Source: Tubulanus polymorphus (lineage: Eukaryota > Animalia > Nemertea). Taken from it: 64,000 nucleotides of DNA. The notes beneath the pieces are model-generated. The model worked only from the letters and a program-made list of their open reading frames with translations, made no database searches and had not been told where the DNA came from. This document shows, piece after piece, positions 1 through 15,000 of this stretch (its first letter is position 1; the number at the start of each line of letters is the position of its first letter). The position numbers and the translations under genes were made by a program. The stretch covers positions 11,992,850 to 12,056,849 of the forward strand of contig NC_134029.1 of NCBI RefSeq assembly GCF_964204645.1. Direction: 5' to 3'.

Positions 1-3000
1 GGTTTTATCGCACGCGACAATAGCGACAATTCAAGATTTTGGTTTTATCGCCCGCGACAATTCATTTTTTGGATTTGTCGCCCACGACAATTCAATATTT
101 TGGTTTTATCGCCCGCGACAATTCATTATTTTGGTTTTATCGCCCGCGACAATTCATTTTTTGGATTTGTCGCCCACGACAATTCAATATTTTGGTTTTA
201 TCGCCCGCGACAATTCATTATTTTGGTTTTATCGCCCGCGACAATTCATTAATTTGGTTTTGTCACCCGCGACAAAACAATATTTTGGTTTTGTCGCCCA
301 CGACAATTCAATATCTTGGTTTTATCGCCCGCGACAATTCATTATTTTGGTTTTATCGCCCGCGACAATTCATTAATTTGGTTTTATCACCGCGACAAAA
401 CAATATTTTGGTTTTGTCGCCCACGACAATTCAATATTTTGGTTTTATCGCCCGCGACAATTCATTATTTTGGTTTTATCGCCCGCGACAATTCATTATT
501 TTGGTTTTGTCGCACGCGACAATTCAAGATTTTGGTTTTATCGCCCGCGACAATTCATTTTTTGGATTTGTCGCCCACGACAATTCAATATTTTGGTTTT
601 ATCGCCCGCGACAATTCATTATTTTGGTTTTATCGCCCGCGACAATTTTTTTTTCTTTTTGTCGCGGTTTTGTCGCCTGCGACACTTCAATATTGTGGTT
701 TTATCGCCTGCGACAATTTATTATTTTGGTTTTATCGCCCACGTCAATTCATTAGTTTGGTTTTGTCGCCCGCGACAATTCAATATTTTGGTTTTATCGC
801 CCGCGACAATTCATTTTTTGGATTTGTCGCCCACGACAATTCAATATTTTGGTTTTATCGCCCGCGACAATTCATTATTTTGGTTTTATCGCCCGCGACA
901 ATTTTTTTTTCTTTTTGTCGCGGTTTTGTCGCCTGCGACACTTCAATATTGTGGTTTTATCGCCTGCGACAATTTATTATTTTGGTTTTATCGCCCACGT
1001 CAATTCATTAGTTTGGTTTTGTCGCCCGCGACAATTCAATATTTTGGTTTTATCGCCCGCGACAATTCATTATTTTGGTTTTATCGCCCGCGACAATTCA
1101 TTATTTTGGTTTTGTCGCACGCGACAATTCAAGATTTTGGTTTTATCGCCCGCGACAATTCATTTTTTGGATTTGTCGCCCACGACAATTCAATATTTTG
1201 GTTTTATCGCCCGCGACAATGCATTATTTTGGTTTTATCGCCTGCGACAATTCATTATTTTGGTTTTATCGCCCGCGACAATTCATTAGTTTGGTTTTGT
1301 CGCCCGCGACAATTCATTTTTTTGGTTTTATCGTCTGCGACAATTCAAGATTTTGGTTTTATCGCCCGCGACAATTCATTTTTTGGATTTGTCGCCCACG
1401 ACAATTCAATATTTTGGTTTTATCGCCCGCGACAATTCATTATTTTGGTTTTATCGCCCGCGACAATTCATTTTTTGGATTTGTCGCCCACGACAATTCA
1501 ATATTTTGGTTTTATCGCCCGCGACAATGCATTATTTTGGTTTTATCGCCTGCGACAATTCATTATTTTGGTTTTATCGCCCGCGACAATTCATTAGTTT
1601 GGTTTTGTCGCCCGCGACAATTCATTTTTTTGGTTTTATCGTCTGCGACAATTCAAGATTTTGGTTTTATCGCCCGCGACAATTCATTTTTTGGATTTGT
1701 CGCCCACGACAATTCAATATTTTGGTTTTATCGCCCGCGACAATTCATTATTTTGGTTTTATCGCCCGCGACAATTCATTTTTTGGATTTGTCGCCCACG
1801 ACAATTCAATATTTTGGTTTTATCGCCCGCGACAATTCATTATTTTGGTTTTATCGCCCGCGACAATTCATTTTTTGGATTTGTCGCCCACGACAATTCA
1901 ATATTTTGGTTTTATCGCCTGCGACAATTCATTATTTTGGTTTTATCGCCCACGACAATTCATTAGTTTGGTTTTGTCGCCTGCGACAATTCATTATTTT
2001 GGTTTTATCGCCCACGACAATTCATTAGTTTGGTTTTGTCGCCCGCGACAATTGAATATTTTGGTTTTATCGCCTGCGACAATTCATTATTTTGGTTTTA
2101 TCGCCCACGACAATTCATTAGTTTGGTTTTATCGCCTGCGACAATTCATTATTTTGGTTTTATCGCCCACGACAATTCATTAGTTTGGTTTTGTCGCCCG
2201 CGACAATTGAATATTTTGGTTTTATCGCCCGCGACAATTCATTTTTTGGATTTGTCGCCCACGACAATTCAATATTTTGGTTTTATCGCCTGCGACAATT
2301 CATTATTTTGGTTTTATCGCCCACGACAATTCATTAGTTTGGTTTTGTCGCCTGCGACAATTCATTATTTTGGTTTTATCGCCCACGACAATTCATTAGT
2401 TTGGTTTTGTCGCCCGCGACAATTGAATATTTTGGTTTTATCGCCTGCGACAATTCATTATTTTGGTTTTATCGCCCACGACAATTCATTAGTTTGGTTT
2501 TATCGCCTGCGACAATTCATTATTTTGGTTTTATCGCCCACGACAATTCATTAGTTTGGTTTTGTCGCCCGCGACAATTGAATATTTTGGTTTTATCGCC
2601 CGCGACAATTCATTATTTTGGTTTTATCGCCCGCGACAATTCATTATTCTGGTTTTATCACCCGCGACAAAACAATATTTTGGTTTTGTCGCCCTCGACA
2701 ATTCAATATTTTGGTTTTATCGCCCGCGACAATTCATTATTTTGGTTTTGTCGCACGCGACAATAGCGACAATTCAAGATTGCGACAATTGCGACAATTC
2801 AACCGCCCGCGGTTTTGGTTTTATCGCCCGCGACAATTCATTTTTTGGATTTGTCGCCCACGACAATTCAATATTTTGGTTTTATCGCCTGCGACAATTC
2901 ATTATTTTGGTTTTATCGCCCACGACAATTCATTAGTTTGGTTTTGTCGCCCGCGACAAATGAATATTTTGTTTTTGTCGCCCCGACAATGCATTATTTT

Positions 3001-6000
3001 GGTTTTATCGCCTGCGACAATTCATTATTTTGGTTTTATCGCCCGCGACAATTCATTAGTTTGGTTTTGTCGCCCGCGACAATTCATTTTTTTGGTTTTA
3101 TCGTCTGCGACAATTCAAGATTTTGGTTTTATCGCCCGCGACAATTCATTTTTTGGATTTGTCGCCCACGGCAATTCAATATTTTGGTTTTATCGCCCTC
3201 GACAATGCATTATTTTGGTTTTATCGCCCGCGACAATTCATTAGTTTGGTTTTGTCGCCCGCAACAATTGAATATTTTGTTTTTGTCGCCCGCGACAATT
3301 CATGATTTTGGTTTTATCGCCCGCGACAATTCATTATTTTGGTTTTATCGCCCGCGACAATTCATTAGTTTGGTTTTGTCGCCCGCAACAATTGAATATT
3401 TTGTTTTTGTCGCCCGCGACAATTCATGATTTTGGTTTTATCGCCCGCGACAATTCATTTTTTTGGTTTTATCGTCTGCGACAATTTATTATTTTGGTTT
3501 TATCGCCCGCGACAATTCATTTTTTTGGTTTTATCGTCCGCGACAATTCATTATTTTGGTTTTATCGCCCGCGACAATTCATTAATTTGGTTTTGTCACC
3601 CGCGACAAAACAATATTTTGGTTTTGTCGCCTGCGACAATTCAATATTTTGGTTTTATCGCCCGCGACAATTCATTATTTTGGTTTTATCGCCCGCGACA
3701 ATTCATTATTCTGGTTTTATCACCCGCGACAAAACAATATTTTGGTTTTGTCGCCCTCGACAATTCATTATTTTGGTTTTATCGCACGCGACAATAGCGA
3801 CAATTCAAGATTTTGGTTTTATCGCCCGCGACAATTCATTTTTTGGATTTGTCGCCCACGACAATTCAATATTTTGGTTTTATCGCCCGCGACAATTCAT
3901 TATTTTGGTTTTATCGCCCGCGACAATTCATTTTTTGGATTTGTCGCCCACGACAATTCAATATTTTGGTTTTATCGCCCGCGACAATTCATTATTTTGG
4001 TTTTATCGCCCGCGACAATTCATTAATTTGGTTTTGTCACCCGCGACAAAACAATATTTTGGTTTTGTCGCCCACGACAATTCAATATCTTGGTTTTATC
4101 GCCCGCGACAATTCATTATTTTGGTTTTATCGCCCGCGACAATTCATTAATTTGGTTTTATCACCGCGACAAAACAATATTTTGGTTTTGTCGCCCACGA
4201 CAATTCAATATTTTGGTTTTATCGCCCGCGACAATTCATTATTTTGGTTTTATCGCCCGCGACAATTCATTATTTTGGTTTTGTCGCACGCGACAATTCA
4301 AGATTTTGGTTTTATCGCCCGCGACAATTCATTTTTTGGATTTGTCGCCCACGACAATTCAATATTTTGGTTTTATCGCCCGCGACAATTCATTATTTTG
4401 GTTTTATCGCCCGCGACAATTTTTTTTTCTTTTTGTCGCGGTTTTGTCGCCTGCGACACTTCAATATTGTGGTTTTATCGCCTGCGACAATTTATTATTT
4501 TGGTTTTATCGCCCACGTCAATTCATTAGTTTGGTTTTGTCGCCCGCGACAATTCAATATTTTGGTTTTATCGCCCGCGACAATTCATTTTTTGGATTTG
4601 TCGCCCACGACAATTCAATATTTTGGTTTTATCGCCCGCGACAATTCATTATTTTGGTTTTATCGCCCGCGACAATTTTTTTTTCTTTTTGTCGCGGTTT
4701 TGTCGCCTGCGACACTTCAATATTGTGGTTTTATCGCCTGCGACAATTTATTATTTTGGTTTTATCGCCCACGTCAATTCATTAGTTTGGTTTTGTCGCC
4801 CGCGACAATTCAATATTTTGGTTTTATCGCCCGCGACAATTCATTATTTTGGTTTTATCGCCCGCGACAATTCATTATTTTGGTTTTGTCGCACGCGACA
4901 ATTCAAGATTTTGGTTTTATCGCCCGCGACAATTCATTTTTTGGATTTGTCGCCCACGACAATTCAATATTTTGGTTTTATCGCCCGCGACAATGCATTA
5001 TTTTGGTTTTATCGCCTGCGACAATTCATTATTTTGGTTTTATCGCCCGCGACAATTCATTAGTTTGGTTTTGTCGCCCGCGACAATTCATTTTTTTGGT
5101 TTTATCGTCTGCGACAATTCAAGATTTTGGTTTTATCGCCCGCGACAATTCATTTTTTGGATTTGTCGCCCACGACAATTCAATATTTTGGTTTTATCGC
5201 CCGCGACAATTCATTATTTTGGTTTTATCGCCCGCGACAATTCATTTTTTGGATTTGTCGCCCACGACAATTCAATATTTTGGTTTTATCGCCCGCGACA
5301 ATGCATTATTTTGGTTTTATCGCCTGCGACAATTCATTATTTTGGTTTTATCGCCCGCGACAATTCATTAGTTTGGTTTTGTCGCCCGCGACAATTCATT
5401 TTTTTGGTTTTATCGTCTGCGACAATTCAAGATTTTGGTTTTATCGCCCGCGACAATTCATTTTTTGGATTTGTCGCCCACGACAATTCAATATTTTGGT
5501 TTTATCGCCCGCGACAATTCATTATTTTGGTTTTATCGCCCGCGACAATTCATTTTTTGGATTTGTCGCCCACGACAATTCAATATTTTGGTTTTATCGC
5601 CCGCGACAATTCATTATTTTGGTTTTATCGCCCGCGACAATTCATTTTTTGGATTTGTCGCCCACGACAATTCAATATTTTGGTTTTATCGCCTGCGACA
5701 ATTCATTATTTTGGTTTTATCGCCCACGACAATTCATTAGTTTGGTTTTGTCGCCTGCGACAATTCATTATTTTGGTTTTATCGCCCACGACAATTCATT
5801 AGTTTGGTTTTGTCGCCCGCGACAATTGAATATTTTGGTTTTATCGCCTGCGACAATTCATTATTTTGGTTTTATCGCCCACGACAATTCATTAGTTTGG
5901 TTTTATCGCCTGCGACAATTCATTATTTTGGTTTTATCGCCCACGACAATTCATTAGTTTGGTTTTGTCGCCCGCGACAATTGAATATTTTGGTTTTATC

Positions 6001-9000
6001 GCCCGCGACAATTCATTTTTTGGATTTGTCGCCCACGACAATTCAATATTTTGGTTTTATCGCCTGCGACAATTCATTATTTTGGTTTTATCGCCCACGA
6101 CAATTCATTAGTTTGGTTTTGTCGCCTGCGACAATTCATTATTTTGGTTTTATCGCCCACGACAATTCATTAGTTTGGTTTTGTCGCCCGCGACAATTGA
6201 ATATTTTGGTTTTATCGCCCGCGACAATTCATTTTTTGGATTTGTCGCCCACGACAATTCAATATTTTGGTTTTATCGCCTGCGACAATTCATTATTTTG
6301 GTTTTATCGCCCACGACAATTCATTAGTTTGGTTTTGTCGCCTGCGACAATTCATTATTTTGGTTTTATCGCCCACGACAATTCATTAGTTTGGTTTTGT
6401 CGCCCGCGACAATTGAATATTTTGGTTTTATCGCCTGCGACAATTCATTATTTTGGTTTTATCGCCCACGACAATTCATTAGTTTGGTTTTATCGCCTGC
6501 GACAATTCATTATTTTGGTTTTATCGCCCACGACAATTCATTAGTTTGGTTTTGTCGCCCGCGACAATTGAATATTTTGGTTTTATCGCCCGCGACAATT
6601 CATTATTTTGGTTTTATCGCCCGCGACAATTCATTATTCTGGTTTTATCACCCGCGACAAAACAATATTTTGGTTTTGTCGCCCTCGACAATTCAATATT
6701 TTGGTTTTATCGCCCGCGACAATTCATTATTTTGGTTTTGTCGCACGCGACAATAGCGACAATTCAAGATTGCGACAATTGCGACAATTCAACCGCCCGC
6801 GGTTTTGGTTTTATCGCCCGCGACAATTCATTTTTTGGATTTGTCGCCCACGACAATTCAATATTTTGGTTTTATCGCCTGCGACAATTCATTATTTTGG
6901 TTTTATCGCCCACGACAATTCATTAGTTTGGTTTTGTCGCCCGCGACAAATGAATATTTTGTTTTTGTCGCCCCGACAATGCATTATTTTGGTTTTATCG
7001 CCTGCGACAATTCATTATTTTGGTTTTATCGCCCGCGACAATTCATTAGTTTGGTTTTGTCGCCCGCGACAATTCATTTTTTTGGTTTTATCGTCTGCGA
7101 CAATTCAAGATTTTGGTTTTATCGCCCGCGACAATTCATTTTTTGGATTTGTCGCCCACGGCAATTCAATATTTTGGTTTTATCGCCCTCGACAATGCAT
7201 TATTTTGGTTTTATCGCCCGCGACAATTCATTAGTTTGGTTTTGTCGCCCGCAACAATTGAATATTTTGTTTTTGTCGCCCGCGACAATTCATGATTTTG
7301 GTTTTATCGCCCGCGACAATTCATTATTTTGGTTTTATCGCCCGCGACAATTCATTAGTTTGGTTTTGTCGCCCGCAACAATTGAATATTTTGTTTTTGT
7401 CGCCCGCGACAATTCATGATTTTGGTTTTATCGCCCGCGACAATTCATTTTTTTGGTTTTATCGTCTGCGACAATTTATTATTTTGGTTTTATCGCCCGC
7501 GACAATTCATTTTTTTGGTTTTATCGTCTGCGACAATTCATTATTTTGGTTTTATCGCCCGCGACAATTCATTAATTTGGTTTTGTCACCCGCGACAAAA
7601 CAATATTTTGGTTTTGTCGCCTGCGACAATTCAATATTTTGGTTTTATCGCCCGCGACAATTCATTATTTTGGTTTTATCGCCCGCGACAATTCATTATT
7701 CTGGTTTTATCACCCGCGACAAAACAATATTTTGGTTTTGTCGCCCTCGACAATTCATTATTTTGGTTTTATCGCACGCGACAATAGCGACAATTCAAGA
7801 TTTTGGTTTTATCGCCCGCGACAATTCATTTTTTGGATTTGTCGCCCACGACAATTCAATATTTTGGTTTTATCGCCCGCGACAATTCATTATTTTGGTT
7901 TTATCGCCCGCGACAATTCATTTTTTGGATTTGTCGCCCACGACAATTCAATATTTTGGTTTTATCGCCCGCGACAATTCATTATTTTGGTTTTATCGCC
8001 CGCGACAATTCATTAATTTGGTTTTGTCACCCGCGACAAAACAATATTTTGGTTTTGTCGCCCACGACAATTCAATATCTTGGTTTTATCGCCCGCGACA
8101 ATTCATTATTTTGGTTTTATCGCCCGCGACAATTCATTAATTTGGTTTTATCACCGCGACAAAACAATATTTTGGTTTTGTCGCCCACGACAATTCAATA
8201 TTTTGGTTTTATCGCCCGCGACAATTCATTATTTTGGTTTTATCGCCCGCGACAATTCATTATTTTGGTTTTGTCGCACGCGACAATTCAAGATTTTGGT
8301 TTTATCGCCCGCGACAATTCATTTTTTGGATTTGTCGCCCACGACAATTCAATATTTTGGTTTTATCGCCCGCGACAATTCATTATTTTGGTTTTATCGC
8401 CCGCGACAATTTTTTTTTCTTTTTGTCGCGGTTTTGTCGCCTGCGACACTTCAATATTGTGGTTTTATCGCCTGCGACAATTTATTATTTTGGTTTTATC
8501 GCCCACGTCAATTCATTAGTTTGGTTTTGTCGCCCGCGACAATTCAATATTTTGGTTTTATCGCCCGCGACAATTCATTTTTTGGATTTGTCGCCCACGA
8601 CAATTCAATATTTTGGTTTTATCGCCCGCGACAATTCATTATTTTGGTTTTATCGCCCGCGACAATTTTTTTTTCTTTTTGTCGCGGTTTTGTCGCCTGC
8701 GACACTTCAATATTGTGGTTTTATCGCCTGCGACAATTTATTATTTTGGTTTTATCGCCCACGTCAATTCATTAGTTTGGTTTTGTCGCCCGCGACAATT
8801 CAATATTTTGGTTTTATCGCCCGCGACAATTCATTATTTTGGTTTTATCGCCCGCGACAATTCATTATTTTGGTTTTGTCGCACGCGACAATTCAAGATT
8901 TTGGTTTTATCGCCCGCGACAATTCATTTTTTGGATTTGTCGCCCACGACAATTCAATATTTTGGTTTTATCGCCCGCGACAATGCATTATTTTGGTTTT

Positions 9001-12000
9001 ATCGCCTGCGACAATTCATTATTTTGGTTTTATCGCCCGCGACAATTCATTAGTTTGGTTTTGTCGCCCGCGACAATTCATTTTTTTGGTTTTATCGTCT
9101 GCGACAATTCAAGATTTTGGTTTTATCGCCCGCGACAATTCATTTTTTGGATTTGTCGCCCACGACAATTCAATATTTTGGTTTTATCGCCCGCGACAAT
9201 TCATTATTTTGGTTTTATCGCCCGCGACAATTCATTTTTTGGATTTGTCGCCCACGACAATTCAATATTTTGGTTTTATCGCCTGCGACAATTCATTATT
9301 TTGGTTTTATCGCCCACGACAATTCATTAGTTTGGTTTTGTCGCCTGCGACAATTCATTATTTTGGTTTTATCGCCCACGACAATTCATTAGTTTGGTTT
9401 TGTCGCCCGCGACAATTGAATATTTTGGTTTTATCGCCTGCGACAATTCATTATTTTGGTTTTATCGCCCACGACAATTCATTAGTTTGGTTTTATCGCC
9501 TGCGACAATTCATTATTTTGGTTTTATCGCCCACGACAATTCATTAGTTTGGTTTTGTCGCCCGCGACAATTGAATATTTTGGTTTTATCGCCCGCGACA
9601 ATTCATTTTTTGGATTTGTCGCCCACGACAATTCAATATTTTGGTTTTATCGCCTGCGACAATTCATTATTTTGGTTTTATCGCCCACGACAATTCATTA
9701 GTTTGGTTTTGTCGCCTGCGACAATTCATTATTTTGGTTTTATCGCCCACGACAATTCATTAGTTTGGTTTTGTCGCCCGCGACAATTGAATATTTTGGT
9801 TTTATCGCCTGCGACAATTCATTATTTTGGTTTTATCGCCCACGACAATTCATTAGTTTGGTTTTATCGCCTGCGACAATTCATTATTTTGGTTTTATCG
9901 CCCACGACAATTCATTAGTTTGGTTTTGTCGCCCGCGACAATTGAATATTTTGGTTTTATCGCCCGCGACAATTCATTATTTTGGTTTTATCGCCCGCGA
10001 CAATTCATTATTCTGGTTTTATCACCCGCGACAAAACAATATTTTGGTTTTGTCGCCCTCGACAATTCAATATTTTGGTTTTATCGCCCGCGACAATTCA
10101 TTATTTTGGTTTTGTCGCACGCGACAATAGCGACAATTCAAGATTGCGACAATTGCGACAATTCAACCGCCCGCGGTTTTGGTTTTATCGCCCGCGACAA
10201 TTCATTTTTTGGATTTGTCGCCCACGACAATTCAATATTTTGGTTTTATCGCCTGCGACAATTCATTATTTTGGTTTTATCGCCCACGACAATTCATTAG
10301 TTTGGTTTTGTCGCCCGCGACAATTGAATATTTTGTTTTTGTCGCCCCGACAATGCATTATTTTGGTTTTATCGCCTGCGACAATTCATTATTTTGGTTT
10401 TATCGCCCGCGACAATTCATTAGTTTGGTTTTGTCGCCCGCGACAATTCATTTTTTTGGTTTTATCGTCTGCGACAATTCAAGATTTTGGTTTTATCGCC
10501 CGCGACAATTCATTTTTTGGATTTGTCGCCCACGACAATTCAATATTTTGGTTTTATCGCCCGCGACAATTCATTATTTTGGTTTTATCGCCCGCGACAA
10601 TTTTTTTTTCTTTTTGTCGCGGTTTTGTCGCCTGCGACACTTCAATATTGTGGTTTTATCGCCTGCGACAATTTATTATTTTGGTTTTATCGCCCACGTC
10701 AATTCATTAGTTTGGTTTTGTCGCCCGCGACAATTCAATATTTTGGTTTTATCGCCCGCGACAATTCATTATTTTGGTTTTATCGCCCGCGACAATTCAT
10801 TATTTTGGTTTTGTCGCACGCGACAATTCAAGATTTTGGTTTTATCGCCCGCGACAATTCATTTTTTGGATTTGTCGCCCACGACAATTCAATATTTTGG
10901 TTTTATCGCCCGCGACAATGCATTATTTTGGTTTTATCGCCTGCGACAATTCATTATTTTGGTTTTATCGCCCGCGACAATTCATTAGTTTGGTTTTGTC
11001 GCCCGCGACAATTCATTTTTTTGGTTTTATCGTCTGCGACAATTCAAGATTTTGGTTTTATCGCCCGCGACAATTCATTTTTTGGATTTGTCGCCCACGA
11101 CAATTCAATATTTTGGTTTTATCGCCCGCGACAATTCATTATTTTGGTTTTATCGCCCGCGACAATTCATTTTTTGGATTTGTCGCCCACGACAATTCAA
11201 TATTTTGGTTTTATCGCCTGCGACAATTCATTATTTTGGTTTTATCGCCCACGACAATTCATTAGTTTGGTTTTGTCGCCCGCGACAATTGAATATTTTG
11301 GTTTTATCGCCCGCGACAATTCATTATTTTGGTTTTATCGCCCGCGACAATTCATTATTCTGGTTTTATCACCCGCGACAAAACAATATTTTGGTTTTGT
11401 CGCCCTCGACAATTCAATATTTTGGTTTTATCGCCCGCGACAATTCATTATTTTGGTTTTGTCGCACGCGACAATAGCGACAATTCAAGATTGCGACAAT
11501 TGCGACAATTCAACCGCCCGCGGTTTTGGTTTTATCGCCCGCGACAATTCATTTTTTGGATTTGTCGCCCACGACAATTCAATATTTTGGTTTTATCGCC
11601 TGCGACAATTCATTATTTTGGTTTTATCGCCCACGACAATTCATTAGTTTGGTTTTGTCGCCCGCGACAATTGAATATTTTGTTTTTGTCGCCCCGACAA
11701 TTCATGATTTTGGATTTGTCGCCTGCGACAATTCAATATTTTGGTTTTATCGCCAGCGACAATTCATTATTTTGGTTTTATCGCCCGCGACAATTCATTA
11801 TTTTGGTTTTATCGCCCGCGACAATTCATTAATTTGGTTTTGTCACCCGTGACAAAACAATATTTTGGTTTTGTCGCCCACGACAATTCAATATTTTGGT
11901 TTTATCGCCCGAGACAATTCATTATTTTGTTTTTATCGTCGGGACAATTCATTAATTTGGTTTTATCACCCGCGACAAAACAATATTTTGGTTTTGTCGC

Positions 12001-15000
12001 CCACGACAATTCAATATTTTGGTTTTATCGCCCGAGACAATTCATTATTTTGGTTTTATCGCCCGGGACAATTCAATATTTTGGTTTTATCGCCCGCGAC
12101 AATTCATTATTTTGGTTTTATCGCCCGCGACAATTTTTTTTCTTTTTGTCGCGGTTTTATCGCCTGCGACACTTCAATATTTTGGTTTTATCGCCTGCGA
12201 CAATTCATTATTTTGGTTTTATCGCCCGCGACAATTCATTAGTTTGGTTTTGTCGCCCGCGACAATTGAATATTTTGTTTTTGTCGCCCGCGACAATTCA
12301 TGATTTTGGATTTGTCGCCCGCGACAATTCAATATTTTGGTTTTATCGCCAGCGACAATTCATTATTTTGGTTTTGTCGCCCGCGACAATTGAATATTTT
12401 GTTTTTGTCGCCCGCGACAATTCATGATTTTGGATTTGTCGCCCGCGACAATTCAATATTTTGGTTTTATCGCCAGCGACAATTCATTATTTTGGTTTTA
12501 TCGCCCGCGACAATTCATTATTTTGGTTTTATCGCCCGCGACAATTCATTAATTTGGTTTTATCGCCCGCGACAATTCATTATTTTGGTTTTATCGCCCG
12601 CGACAATTCATTAATTTGGTTTTGTCACCCGCGACAAAACAATATTTTGGTTTTGTCGCCCACGACAATTCAATATTTTGGTTTTATCGCCCGCGACAAT
12701 TCATTATTTTGGTTTTATCGCCCGCGACAATTCATTAATTTGGTTTTATCACCGCGACAAATCAATATTTTGGTTTTGTCGCCCACGACAATTCAATATT
12801 TTGGTTTTGTCGCCCACGACAATTCAATATTTTGGTTTTATCGCCCGCGACAATTCATTATTTTGGTTTTATCGCCCGCGACAATTCATTAATTTGGTTT
12901 TATCACCGCGACAAAACAATATTTTGGTTTTGTCGCCCACGACAATTCGATATTTTGGTTTTATCGCCCGCGACAATTCATTATTTTGGTTTTATCGCCC
13001 GCGACAATTCATTTTTTTGGTTTTATCGTCTGCGACAATTCATTATTTTGGTTTTATCGCCCGCGACAATTCATTAATTTGGTTTTGTCACCCGCGACAA
13101 AACAATATTTTGGTTTTATCGCCCGCGACAATTTTTTTTTCTTTTTGTCGCGGTTTTGTCGCCTGCGACACTTCAATATTTTGGTTTTATCGCCTGCGAC
13201 AATTCATTATTTTGGTTTTATCGCCCACGACAATTCATTAGTTTGGTTTTGTCGCCCGCGACAATTGAATATTTTGTTTTTGTCGCCCCGACAATTCATG
13301 ATTTTGGATTTGACGCCCCCGACAATTCATTATTTTGGTTTTATCGCCCGCGACAATTCATTATTTTGGTTTTATCGCCCGCGACAATTCATTAATTTGG
13401 TTTTGTCACCCGCGACAAAACAATATTTTGGTTTTGTCGCCCACGACAATTCAATATTTTGGTTTTATCGCCCGCGACAATTCATTATTTTGGTTTTATC
13501 GCCCGCGACAATTCATTAATTTGGTTTTATCACCGCGACAAAACAATATTTTGGTTTTGTCGCCCACGACAATTCGATATTTTGGTTTTATCGCCCGCGA
13601 CAATTCATTATTTTGGTTTTATCGCCCGCGACAATTCATTATTTTGGTTTTGTCGCACGCGACAATTCAAGATTTTGGTCTTATCGCCCGCGACAATTCA
13701 TTTTTTGGATTTGTCGCCCACGACAATTCAATATTTTGGTTTTATCGCCCGCGACAATTCATTATTTTGGTTTTATCGCCCGCGACAATTTTTCTTTCTT
13801 TTTGTCACGGTTTTATCGCCTGCGACACTTCAATATTTTGGTTTTATCGCCTGCGACAATTCATTATTTTGGTTTTATCGCCCGTGACAATTCATTAGTT
13901 TGGTTTTGTCGCCCGCGACAATTGAATATTTTGTTTTTGTCGCCCGCGACAATTCATGATTTTGGTTTTATCGCCCGCGACAATTCATTTTTTTGGTTTT
14001 ATCGTCTGCGACAATTTATTATTTTGGTTTTATCGCCCGCGACAATTCATTATTTTGGTTTTATCGCCCGCGACAATTTTTTTTTTTTTTTGTCACGGTT
14101 TTATCGCCTGCGACACTTCAATATTTTGGTTTTATCGCCCGCGACAATTCATTATTTTGGTTTTATCGCCCGCGACAATTCATTAGTTTGGTTTTGTCGC
14201 CCGCGACAATTGAATATTTTGTTTTTGTCGCCCGCGACAATTCATGATTTTGGTTTTATCGCCCGCGACAATTCATTTTTTTGGTTTTATCGTCTGCGAC
14301 AATTTATTATTTTGGTTTTATCGCCCGCGACAATTCATTTTTTTGGTTTTATCGTCTGCGACAATTCATTATTTTGGTTTTATCGCCCGCGACAATTCAT
14401 TAATTTGGTTTTGTCACCCGCGACAAAACAATATTTTGGTTTTGTCGCCTGCGACAATTCATTTTTTTGGTTTTATCGTCTGCGACAATTTATTATTTTG
14501 GTTTTATCGCCCGCGACAATTCATTTTTTTGGTTTTATCGTCTGCGACAATTCATTATTTTGGTTTTATCGCCCGCGACAATTCATTAATTTGGTTTTGT
14601 CACCCGCGACAAAACAATATTTTGGTTTTGTCGCCTGCGACAATTCATTTTTTTGGTTTTATCGTCTGCGACAATTTATTATTTTGGTTTTATCGCCCGC
14701 GACAATTCATTTTTTTGGTTTTATCGTCTGCGACAATTCATTATTTTGGTTTTATCGCCCGCGACAATTCATTTTTTGGATTTGTCGCCCACGACAATTC
14801 GATATTTTGGTTTTATCGCCCGCGACAATTCATTATTTTGGTTTTATCGCCCGCGACAATTTTTTTTTCTTTTTGTCGCGGTTTTGTCGCCTGCGACACT
14901 TCAATATTGTGGTTTTATCGCCTGCGACAATTTATTATTTTGGTTTTATCGCCCACGTCAATTCATTAGTTTGGTTTTGTCGCCCGCGACAATTCAATAT

